The notes beneath the pieces were generated by a model, which made no database searches, had not been told where the DNA came from, and saw only the letters and a list, made by a program, of their open reading frames with translations. Shown here piece after piece: positions 1 to 7,419 of a DNA stretch of 25,474 nt. Position 1 is the first letter of the stretch. The number at the start of each line of letters is the position of its first letter. Position numbers and translations under genes: made by a program. Source of the stretch: a virus (Duplodnaviria; Caudoviricetes); the IMG/VR virus record IMGVR_UViG_3300048861_000089, positions 1 through 25,474 of that record; one strand, 5' to 3'.

Positions 1-44
1 TGCATGTCGTGTTGCCCAAGCGGGTGTTCACGGCAAAGTGAGCG

Positions 45-73
45 TTGACCGACGCGCGCGAGCGAGGCATGGG
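45..73 (+). promoter_or_regulatory. Possible host promoter for tRNA-Gly
   Basis: TTGACC (45-50), 17-bp spacer, weak -10 CATGGG (68-73), about 10 nt upstream of the tRNA. Confidence 0.3.
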
Positions 74-82
74 AACGCGCGT

Positions 83-156
83 GCGGGTATAGCTCAATGG
101 TAGAGCACTAGCCTTCCAAGCTTGTGACGCGGGTTCGATCCCCGCTACCCGCTCCA
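83..156 (+). tRNA. tRNA-Gly (anticodon TCC), prophage integration site
   Basis: Acceptor stem GCGGGTA/TACCCGC, D arm GCTC-AATGGTA-GAGC, anticodon loop CTTCCAA (113-119), T arm GCGGG-TTCGATC-CCCGC, discriminator T and encoded CCA; one T:T mismatch in the anticodon stem (109/123). Confidence 0.97.
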
Positions 157-1739
157 TCGTTATAGTACATGTCTGTCAACGGCCGCCCTGCCGCCAGTTC
201 AAGGATGTTCTTGAGGCGGCCCTCCACCTCGACATTGGTCCCGCGATCGCCCTTCGGCGTGATCGTGATCCGGTCCACCAACGCGCGTATCTGCGGGATC
301 GCATTCGCCCGCGCTTCCGGCGTGCTGGTCAGCGCCTCGTTCAAGGTCTCGATCTGCCGGCGATAGTCAGCAGCTGCATGCGGGTGCAGTGCGACGACGC
401 TCGACCCCTCGATGTTGGCGAGTTCGGTCTTTGCTGCCTCCAGCTCGGCTCTCGCTGCGGCCATCGCTTGGCGAAACGTGGCAAACTCGCCGGCTCCCTC
501 GGCAATCGCTGTGGCGATGCGCTCCATTTTTGCATCGGCATCGCGGATCGTCTTTTCCAGACGCGTGCGATCCCGGCCGAGTTCGCGTACCTTTTTCGCG
601 AAGTCCCGATGATATTCGCTTACGTACAGCGCCACGAGTTCGGGATCGAGCATATGGTCCGTCAGCCCGGCCAATACGCGCATCTCCAGGCGGTCTGTCG
701 AGATGTAGCGATTGTTGGTGCAGGAACGGCCGTCGCGATAGCGCCCGCAACCCCAACTCGTCCGCGATGCGATCGTGTAGCCGCCGCCACAGACGCCGCA
801 GCGGGCGAGGCCGGAGAAGATATGCTTCGGTCGCCGCGCGCGCTCCGGCCGCCTGCCGCTAAAGGTTGCCCGGCGTGCCTCGACGCCGAGCCATATCTCT
901 TCCGGCACGATACGAAGAGCGGGCGCCGGCTCGATCATCCATTCCGACGTCGGGTTGGGCTTGATCAATTCCTTCCGGGTTACCGGATGGATGACCTTGC
1001 GCGTCCGGTTGTGGACTATCTCGCCCCGATACATGCGGTTGAGCAGCATGCCGTTCATCCGGATGCGATCACCGTTGATGGTAGACATGCGCCATCCACC
1101 GCCCGTTGGGCCGGGTATGCCCTCTACATTCAAGCGCTCGACTATGGCGCGCGGGCTGTCTCCGCGCGCATACTCGGCGAAGATGCGCCGGACGATCGTA
1201 GCCTGCTCTTCGTCGATTTCACGCAGACCGCGCACGGGCTCACCTCGCTCGTCGATCCTGTTGGCCTTCCTGTACCCATAGGCGAGCCCTGCCGGCACCC
1301 TGCCGGCCGCGACGGTGCCGCGTTGACCGCGCCGGACCTTGTCGGCGAGCGCGGTGCGGAACTGCGCATCCATCAGGCTCTTGAGCGTGCCGGTGATATC
1401 GTTGACCTCGCCGTCGGACAGCGTGAACAGCCGCGTGCCTGCGTAGGTCAGTCGCTCCCGAATGGCGTAGCTGTCGCCCTGGTGGCGGGCTAGCCGATCC
1501 GTCGCCTCGGCGAGAACCTGCTCGATCCCGCCTGCCTCGACGCGTGCAAGCAAGGCGTTAAGGCCGGGGCGATGCTCCTCGGTAATGCCAGCGGCGCCGC
1601 TGATCGCATAATCCGTGTAGACATCGACGATCTCCCAGCCCTCGCGATCCGCCCGCTCGCGGCAGACGCGGACCTGATCGTCGATCGACCGGCTATTTTG
1701 AAGCGTGCTGCTGAAGCGAGCGTAGATGACCGTGCGCAC
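108..1739 (-). CDS. Large serine recombinase (phage integrase)
   Basis: N-terminal catalytic motif YARFSS, DRLAR motif, recombinase domain (YGYR...IFAEY), zinc ribbon (CGVCG...C...C) and coiled coil; GTG start at 1739 behind AAGGGG preferred over the track start at 1796. Confidence 0.95.
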   Translation of the reverse strand: MRTVIYARFSSTLQNSRSIDDQVRVCRERADREGWEIVDVYTDYAISGAAGITEEHRPGLNALLARVEAGGIEQVLAEATDRLARHQGDSYAIRERLTYAGTRLFTLSDGEVNDITGTLKSLMDAQFRTALADKVRRGQRGTVAAGRVPAGLAYGYRKANRIDERGEPVRGLREIDEEQATIVRRIFAEYARGDSPRAIVERLNVEGIPGPTGGGWRMSTINGDRIRMNGMLLNRMYRGEIVHNRTRKVIHPVTRKELIKPNPTSEWMIEPAPALRIVPEEIWLGVEARRATFSGRRPERARRPKHIFSGLARCGVCGGGYTIASRTSWGCGRYRDGRSCTNNRYISTDRLEMRVLAGLTDHMLDPELVALYVSEYHRDFAKKVRELGRDRTRLEKTIRDADAKMERIATAIAEGAGEFATFRQAMAAARAELEAAKTELANIEGSSVVALHPHAAADYRRQIETLNEALTSTPEARANAIPQIRALVDRITITPKGDRGTNVEVEGRLKNILELAAGRPLTDMYYNDGAGSGDRTRVTSLEG

Positions 1740-1845
1740 GCTGTTTCCCCTTGTCCCGAATCGTCGCAACATCACGCGATGCGCTCGCGCGGGCAAGCGT
1801 CTTCACCAGTTCGATGATGGCGGGGTCGAACCGGTCGAGCGACAT
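1693..1845 (-). CDS. Small hypothetical protein (50 aa) overlapping the integrase start; candidate directionality factor
   Basis: ATG at 1845 overlaps the upstream TGA (TGATG); MSLDRFDPAIIELVKTLARASASRD is helical and basic. Confidence 0.55.
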   Translation of the reverse strand: MSLDRFDPAIIELVKTLARASASRDVATIRDKGKQRAHGHLRSLQQHASK

Positions 1846-2288
1846 CAGGCGACTTTCGCCCCGGCCGCGAGGTGCGGGCGCAGGCTGTTGAAGGCGAGCA
1901 GCGTTGCCGTCCAACCGCTGCGATAGTGGTCGAGCAGGCAGGCGATGGCGTCGCGCAGATCGACGTGATCCTCATGGGCAGGATCGCGTCGGTCCATTCC
2001 ATCGAGACGCCGCTGCTGGACATCGAGCGACTGCTCTAGCGCCCACAGTATCCAGCTGCTTCGGCACAACGGCTCGACGGCGCGAGCGGTGTGGGTGCCG
2101 ATTGCGATCCAGTCGGCGGCGATGGCGGCGCGAGCGAGACGGTCGCGGAAGGCATCGTTTTCGGTCAGATGACCCTTGGCGACCATCTCGGCGTAGCGAT
2201 CGGCGCGGCCGTCGCGGAGAAACACCGCGAGGTCCATCAGCATGAGATACTGATCGCGATAACGGTCGATCGAGACGGGCGACATCAT
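1845..2288 (-). CDS. Hypothetical phage protein
   Basis: Start and stop both overlap neighbours in the leftward operon; protein-like composition. Confidence 0.75.
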   Translation of the reverse strand: MMSPVSIDRYRDQYLMLMDLAVFLRDGRADRYAEMVAKGHLTENDAFRDRLARAAIAADWIAIGTHTARAVEPLCRSSWILWALEQSLDVQQRRLDGMDRRDPAHEDHVDLRDAIACLLDHYRSGWTATLLAFNSLRPHLAAGAKVA

Positions 2289-2536
2289 TCAGCGTCGCCC
2301 ATGATGAAGCGCTGTGCCCAATCGAAGACTGCCGGCCGCGCGGCATCGAGCGCGCGGAGATCGGGGAACATCTGCTCCGCGTCCCAGTCGCCGCTATCGA
2401 GAAAGGCATGGATCGAACCGTCAGGCTCGTTGTGCAGCGTGAGCGTGATGGACCCGATCAGCCATTCCTCTTCGGGACAGCCGCACTCGTCGCTCGGGCG
2501 GGTCGCGACGAACTCGATCGGCAGTAGCGCGCTCAC
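2285..2536 (-). CDS. Hypothetical phage protein (acidic, 83 aa)
   Basis: GTGA and ATGA overlaps with both flanking genes. Confidence 0.7.
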   Translation of the reverse strand: MSALLPIEFVATRPSDECGCPEEEWLIGSITLTLHNEPDGSIHAFLDSGDWDAEQMFPDLRALDAARPAVFDWAQRFIMGDAE

Positions 2537-4482
2537 GCCACCATCTCTTCGGGCTCGGCCGAGATGCAGACCTCTGGTAGGTTGGCGTGGACGAGGGCGT
2601 CCGGAACGTCCGGGCAGACGCTGTTGCCGATCATCCGGATCGAGCTGCTGATGCTCAGCGGTTTGCCGTTGGGGCCGATCGGATCGAGGATGTACCCGCG
2701 TGGAAACCCCTGCGCGTTGGCGAGCTCGCGGCGCGTGAGCATCCGCATACCGATATCGACGATGACATAGGTCACCGTGTCGATCGTCACGGTGACGACG
2801 GCGAAACGATCGAGTGTGGTGACGGTGCCGATCGGAGCGTCGAGGCCGTGGCCGCCTTCCTCGTTGCCGTAATATTTGATCAGGAAGGCAGCGACGCGGA
2901 CGGCGCGGTCCATCATTTCTGGCGGCAGCGCGCCTTCCTCGAGGATCGTCGTTTCGACCAGGCGTTGCGTGCAGCCCTTGCCGACGATCGTCGAGACGGC
3001 CTCGCGCATGTCGTGGCCGATGACGCCCGTGTTAGCCTGCTCCATATGGGCGCAGACGACGGCGTGGCGCTGTCCCTCGGCCGTGATGGCCTTGGCAGGC
3101 TGATCCGGGTCGCCCCGGCCACCATTGGTGTTGCTGGTGTAGAAGTGCGAGAGAAAGGCCGTGACGGCGGCATGCTTGCCCCCGCCGGCGACGACCGTTC
3201 CGAGCGGCGCCTTCACGTCCAGGGAACGTGGTTCCTGCCCGTCGCGCTCGCCATAGCCCGCCTGGACCATCGTGGCGGCCACCACACCAAGCGGGGTAGC
3301 GCCGGCCGGGCGCGCACTGTCTCCGTTGGCTGTGACCGTTGGCATGGGATCGTCAGCCGGCGAACCGACCGATCCTGTCCGAAACTTCGTCACATGCGGA
3401 GCGACCGTCACGGTGACGCGGGCAAGCTCGCCGCCATTGGCCGTCGTGATGGTGCGCAGCGGCTCGGCCGGGTCATGCGTGCGGCCGGGGCCGTCGCTGG
3501 CATGCGTGATCGGTATGATCGCAGCATCGACGCAAGCCATGTCGCGAGAAGCTGTGACTGTAGGCAGCGGCTCGGAAAGATCGTGATCGCCCTTGCCACG
3601 TCGCTTGCCGTGGCGATCGACTTCACCATGGGCGGTACGCACGATGAAGGGCTCAGCTGCGTTGACGACGTAGCGCATCACGCCGTGCGCGATCCGGCGA
3701 TGCGTCGCGTCCTTCAACGGGCGCTTGCGATCGAAGATCGAGGGGCACGGGATCGACCAGTCGATGCACTCTGCGGCAGTGCGCCACGGCAGCAGCTGTT
3801 CTGGATGCGGTACTCGGAAGCCTTCTTTGCGGAGCTTCGCGCGCCATGTCTTGAATGTCCGTTCGTCACGAGGACGGTGCGTCGGCTCCGGCCAGACGAT
3901 GCGCTGGCCATCGCGGCGCGCGATCAGATAAAGGCGCTTACGGCTGGTCGGCGCGCCATAGTCGCAAGCCCGTAACTCGCGATGCTCGACGCGGTATCCC
4001 TGCGCGCGCAGCCGTCGCTTCCAGAGCTCGAACTCTTCGCCCCGCCTTTCCTTGATCGGAAGCCCGTCGGCGTCGAGCGGTCCCCACTGGCGGAACTCCT
4101 CGACATTCTCCAGCATGATGACGCGGGGCGCGCCCGAGCCATTGGGCGTCGCCTTTCGAAGGCGCTCTGCCCAGTGGACGACAACCCAGGCGAGATCGCG
4201 GATGTTCTTGTCGCGCGGCTTGCCGCCCTTGGCCTTGCTGTGGTGCTTGCAGTCTGGCGAGAACCAGGCGAGATCGACCGGCATGCCGCCCGTCGCATCC
4301 AGCGGGTCGATCGACATGATCGACTGGCAATAGTGCTTCGTCGCCGGATGGTTGGCGAGGTGCATGGCGATCGCTTCGGGATCGTGGTTGATCGCGACGT
4401 CGATCGGCCGGCCGATGGCGCGCTCGATACCAGTGGAGGCGCCGCCACCACCCGCGAAGTTGTCTATGACAAGAGGATGCAT
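2533..4482 (-). CDS. DNA (cytosine-5)-methyltransferase, large phage type
   Basis: Motif I DNFAGGGG, motif IV SPDC, motif VI ENV, motif VIII YGAPTSRKRLY, motif IX RMLTRRELANAQGFP, motif X IGNSVCP. Confidence 0.95.
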   Translation of the reverse strand: MHPLVIDNFAGGGGASTGIERAIGRPIDVAINHDPEAIAMHLANHPATKHYCQSIMSIDPLDATGGMPVDLAWFSPDCKHHSKAKGGKPRDKNIRDLAWVVVHWAERLRKATPNGSGAPRVIMLENVEEFRQWGPLDADGLPIKERRGEEFELWKRRLRAQGYRVEHRELRACDYGAPTSRKRLYLIARRDGQRIVWPEPTHRPRDERTFKTWRAKLRKEGFRVPHPEQLLPWRTAAECIDWSIPCPSIFDRKRPLKDATHRRIAHGVMRYVVNAAEPFIVRTAHGEVDRHGKRRGKGDHDLSEPLPTVTASRDMACVDAAIIPITHASDGPGRTHDPAEPLRTITTANGGELARVTVTVAPHVTKFRTGSVGSPADDPMPTVTANGDSARPAGATPLGVVAATMVQAGYGERDGQEPRSLDVKAPLGTVVAGGGKHAAVTAFLSHFYTSNTNGGRGDPDQPAKAITAEGQRHAVVCAHMEQANTGVIGHDMREAVSTIVGKGCTQRLVETTILEEGALPPEMMDRAVRVAAFLIKYYGNEEGGHGLDAPIGTVTTLDRFAVVTVTIDTVTYVIVDIGMRMLTRRELANAQGFPRGYILDPIGPNGKPLSISSSIRMIGNSVCPDVPDALVHANLPEVCISAEPEEMVA

Positions 4483-5007
4483 CTATCCGAGCCCCAATGC
4501 AGCTTTGTAGGTTTCGAGGAGCGCCTCGCCTTCGAGGCGGTCGTTAGGATCGATCTTGCGTAGCCTGACAATCGCTCGCATCGTCTTGGGATCGTATCCC
4601 TGCGACTTGGCTTCTAGGTAGACATCCTTGATGTCGTCCTGCATCCCCTTCTTCTCTTCTTCGATACGCTCGACGCGTTCGATGAAAAGGCGCAACTGAT
4701 CAGCGGCGACGTTTCCGCTAGACGTGGAATGTGCAACCTCTGCATGGGCGCTTGGCTTGGCTGGCTCCGTGTCGGGCTCGTTGTGAAGCTCCCGCAGTGC
4801 CTGCTCGATCGGAATGATCTTGGCCTTCGGCACGCGGCGCCGGATTACGTCCGGATCGCGGTCGGTAATCAGCAGCGTATTGGGCAGCACGATGCCCTTG
4901 CCGAGCGGCGACCAGTTGCCGATCACGCGTGCGCACCCATGCACTTGGCGGAGCGCTTCCAGCTGCGGCGCGCTTGGCGCGACGGAGCCGTGCAGGACGA
5001 CCGTCAT
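4483..5007 (-). CDS. gapR: GapR/DUF2312-family DNA-binding protein with ~100-aa N-terminal extension
   Basis: C-terminal [20 protein letters not shown]...[26 protein letters not shown]...[10 protein letters not shown] matches the GapR signature. Confidence 0.9.
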   Translation of the reverse strand: MTVVLHGSVAPSAPQLEALRQVHGCARVIGNWSPLGKGIVLPNTLLITDRDPDVIRRRVPKAKIIPIEQALRELHNEPDTEPAKPSAHAEVAHSTSSGNVAADQLRLFIERVERIEEEKKGMQDDIKDVYLEAKSQGYDPKTMRAIVRLRKIDPNDRLEGEALLETYKAALGLG

Positions 5008-5399
5008 CCGGCCGCTCCGTCATTGGCGAGCGCGATCAGCGTGTCGCCATGGCACCATCGGGCCTTTGGGGCGCACCAGCATTCCACATCGCGACCGGCG
5101 AGACGCTCGACGCGATCGAGCACGCGCGTGCGCAGTCGATGCAAGGCGGCGATCTCGTGGTCGTTGAAGCCGAGACCGCGCAGCTCGCGCACGGACAGGC
5201 GGCCGGCAAGCCAGCTGCGATGCAATCCGACGGCCCGTGCATGGCCGAACCGTTCCGAGCGAAACGGATTGCTCCATAGGGACGGTCGCCCGATGTAGAC
5301 CGGCGCCGACCTGCGACCGCGACGATCAGCGAGTTTGCGTGGGCGCTGAAGCCGGTGAGGCCAAGCGCAGCCCGCAGATCTCGGCGCAGCCGAGATCAC
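5004..5399 (-). CDS. DUF4326-family protein
   Basis: [13 protein letters not shown] and [12 protein letters not shown]...CHGDTL motifs. Confidence 0.85.
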   Translation of the reverse strand: MISAAPRSAGCAWPHRLQRPRKLADRRGRRSAPVYIGRPSLWSNPFRSERFGHARAVGLHRSWLAGRLSVRELRGLGFNDHEIAALHRLRTRVLDRVERLAGRDVECWCAPKARWCHGDTLIALANDGAAG

Positions 5400-6004
5400 T
5401 GCGCGCCCTCCAAGGGCGCGCGCCGCAGCGCCTCAATCAGGCCAAAGGCGAGATACTTCCGGCGTTCCTTCCGGGTGCGAGCGTAGGCGTAGGCGTAGGC
5501 GTAGGCGTAGGCGTAGGCGTAGGCGTAGGCGCCCCTAAGCGCAGCCTTCCACTCTTCCTTGGACGCGCCATCACCGGCCAGCGCTCGCTGATGCAATGCC
5601 TGCACCGCCTTGTGCTTCGAACTGTCGCGGCCCTTTTCGTCGAACAGGCTGATCCATCCCTGGGTGACACAGTTCGCCTGCCAGTCGTAGACGACGGTGA
5701 ATGGAACCTTACCGTTGAGCCGATCGAGTTCGGCATAAAGCTGGCTGCCCCAATCGAGCGCGTCCTGCAGTTCGATGTTGTCGAAGAAGTAAGGCACCGT
5801 CTGCGCCAGCCAACGCGGCATGATCTGCGCGGGACAGCGGCCAGGGCTGTCGACGTCCTTGCCGAGCACGCCCAGGCCGCAGGCCAGCTGGCGGCCATCT
5901 TGTTCGGTGTGCCAGCTACCTTGGAGCAAACGGCCTTCCTCGCGGAATTTCTCGAAACGCTCGTGGGCTTCATGGGCAGATGTGACGGTATCGAACATGG
6001 TCAT
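5396..6004 (-). CDS. Hypothetical phage protein with (Ala-Tyr)8 tract
   Basis: GGGAG SD before the start; stop overlaps next start (GTGA); good coding composition. Confidence 0.85.
   Translation of the reverse strand: MTMFDTVTSAHEAHERFEKFREEGRLLQGSWHTEQDGRQLACGLGVLGKDVDSPGRCPAQIMPRWLAQTVPYFFDNIELQDALDWGSQLYAELDRLNGKVPFTVVYDWQANCVTQGWISLFDEKGRDSSKHKAVQALHQRALAGDGASKEEWKAALRGAYAYAYAYAYAYAYAYARTRKERRKYLAFGLIEALRRAPLEGAQ
5481..5531. repeat. Perfect hexanucleotide tandem repeat (GCGTAG)8+GCG
   Basis: Directly visible; encodes AYAYAYAYAYAYAYAYA on the minus strand. Confidence 0.98.
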
Positions 6005-6021
6005 GCTCCCGTTGAGGCCGG

Positions 6022-6249
6022 TCAGAACTCGGCCGTGAAGTTGATGGCGAAGGCGAGGAGAGAGGCGATTTCGAACGCCTCGGCGTTCGTGCGCTGGGCG
6101 TTGTGGTCGACGACGAATATCTCGGTTCCAGCCGTGTCAATGACCGACCCAAGTGAGGTCTCGTCGGCAGTCAGCGGCACCTGCACGCCCATGGCGGTGA
6201 GACGATCGGCCAGTTCTTCGGCGCTGTCGGGCGACGTGAACTCCGGCAT
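6022..6249 (-). CDS. Hypothetical phage protein (75 aa)
   Basis: TGATG coupling to the upstream gene. Confidence 0.75.
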   Translation of the reverse strand: MPEFTSPDSAEELADRLTAMGVQVPLTADETSLGSVIDTAGTEIFVVDHNAQRTNAEAFEIASLLAFAINFTAEF

Positions 6250-6503
6250 CAGAGGTTGCTGGCCAGATAGGCGCGCGCGAACTGCGCGGCGAAGTACATG
6301 ATGGTGAGCAGGATCAGCGCGATCGCGGCGACGTCACCAGCCTCGCGCCAGCCGGAATGCCGTTCGTCTTCCAGCGGGATTAGGAGAGGCGGCTGCCTCG
6401 GGCTGTCATAGATGCGCGCGAGGGACGCGGGGTCGATCGGCTGCACCGTGCGCGGCCGGCGATCCTCGAGGCGGACGACGTTGTCTTCCGAATGTGTTGG
6501 CAT
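6249..6503 (-). CDS. Small membrane protein, first gene of the leftward operon
   Basis: GGAGG SD; hydrophobic C-terminal helix VAAIALILLTIMYFAAQFARAYLA. Confidence 0.8.
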   Translation of the reverse strand: MPTHSEDNVVRLEDRRPRTVQPIDPASLARIYDSPRQPPLLIPLEDERHSGWREAGDVAAIALILLTIMYFAAQFARAYLASNL

Positions 6504-6508
6504 GGTTG

Positions 6509-6529
6509 CCTCCCGTGTGGAACGGGAGG
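6509..6529 (-). promoter_or_regulatory. 8-bp hairpin sequestering the SD of the 6503 gene
   Basis: CCTCCCGT-GTGGA-ACGGGAGG perfect inverted repeat; the minus-strand 3' arm contains GGAGG 5 nt before ATG. Confidence 0.75.
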
Positions 6530-6530
6530 G

Positions 6531-6582
6531 CTTATGCGTCAGCGTTTGCTGACAGTCAATCCATTAATCAGCAAACGCTGAC
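6531..6582 (-). promoter_or_regulatory. PL-like promoter with two repressor operators (OL)
   Basis: Minus strand TTGACT (6559-6554), 17 bp, CATAAG (6536-6531); operators GTCAGCGTTTGCTGAC (6538-6553) and ATCAGCAAACGCTGAC (6567-6582). Confidence 0.8.
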
Positions 6583-6583
6583 A

Positions 6584-7318
6584 TTACGTATAAGCAAGTT
6601 CCTTGCGCGGGATCACGCGGTGGATCGCCGCGATGTCGGTTGCCTCGACGCGAAAGACGATCGGCGGATTGAACTGCTCAAGCTCTACGTATCGGGTTGT
6701 GCGCTTGCGGAGCCGCTTGATCAGGACCGATGCGACCCGGTCGCCGTCCTCGCCGTCAGCAGCCTTCAACTGGACGGCAACGTCATCTTCGATCGACGGG
6801 GCTCGGTTGGGATCGATGTAAGCAGGATCGCCTGGATCCCAGCGCGGTTGCATAGACGTGCCGACGATTGTCAGGGCGTAGATGTCGCGCTTGCGGGCGA
6901 GCGAAGCCGGGCGTCTGATGTAATCGACCGTCTCGCTCGTATAGACCTCGGTAAGCTCCGCGAACCGCAGTTCGCCATCCTGTCCGGTTTCAAAGTCCCC
7001 GCCCAACGCTGTCCCCCTCACTGGCACGTCGTGCGGCTCACTTGCGGACTGAACAGTGAATGCTGCCCGCTGCTCGCCGACCATGCTCGTTGAGTCGCTA
7101 CCTAGATCGGCTTGCGCGGCATAGAAAGCCTTGGGATCGACACCCGCCGCACTGATCACCTTTTCGATGATATCCGACCGTGCACGCCCCCGGCTCGCGA
7201 GGTCCTGAAAGAAGTTCCGACTGACCCCGGCTTGCACCGTCCAGCCATTGAGGGTCCAGCCCGATGGCTTGATCGCCATCAAACGCCTGTAGATCAGCGG
7301 CTTCTCTTCATCCTTCAT
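6584..7318 (-). CDS. CI-like phage repressor (HTH plus S24 peptidase domain)
   Basis: N-terminal HTH-like region, VPVRGTALGG cleavage-site region, catalytic Ser in GTSMQP and Lys in LIKRL; ATG 7318 preferred because the track start overlaps the divergent promoter. Confidence 0.92.
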   Translation of the reverse strand: MKDEEKPLIYRRLMAIKPSGWTLNGWTVQAGVSRNFFQDLASRGRARSDIIEKVISAAGVDPKAFYAAQADLGSDSTSMVGEQRAAFTVQSASEPHDVPVRGTALGGDFETGQDGELRFAELTEVYTSETVDYIRRPASLARKRDIYALTIVGTSMQPRWDPGDPAYIDPNRAPSIEDDVAVQLKAADGEDGDRVASVLIKRLRKRTTRYVELEQFNPPIVFRVEATDIAAIHRVIPRKELAYT

Positions 7319-7321
7319 AGT

Positions 7322-7410
7322 GTCAGCGATAATAGACAGTGCTGCTGAAACTGGCGACATAAGCGTTTGCTGACAAACTGCTTGCACTGTCAGCGAACGC
7401 TGACTATGCA
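7322..7410. promoter_or_regulatory. OR-like region: divergent PRM/PR with three operators
   Basis: Operators at 7322-7337 (half-degenerate), 7359-7374 and 7389-7404 (perfect arms); PR TTGCAC (7382-7387), 17 bp, TATGCA (7405-7410); PRM -10 TATTAT (7334-7329, minus strand) with poor -35. Confidence 0.8.
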
Positions 7411-7419
7411 CTGCGACCC

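Noticed and set aside
378-1493. 371-aa plus-strand ORF
   Set aside because: Antisense shadow of the integrase; no motifs; expected in high-GC DNA
2587-3975. 462-aa plus-strand ORF
   Set aside because: Antisense shadow of the C5-methyltransferase
5481-5531. Possible CRISPR array or DGR variable repeat
   Set aside because: No spacers, cas genes, reverse transcriptase or template repeat in the window
5437-5973. Alternative-frame ORF with a (PT)n tract
   Set aside because: Frame-shifted reading of the same repeat; the 5396-6004 frame has the SD and coupling
5237-6301. 354-aa ORF with a (VG)n tract
   Set aside because: Opposite-strand reading of the microsatellite; spans four coupled minus-strand genes
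7319-7411. N-terminal extension of the repressor in the ORF track
   Set aside because: Overlaps the operators and PR; ATG 7318 fits better
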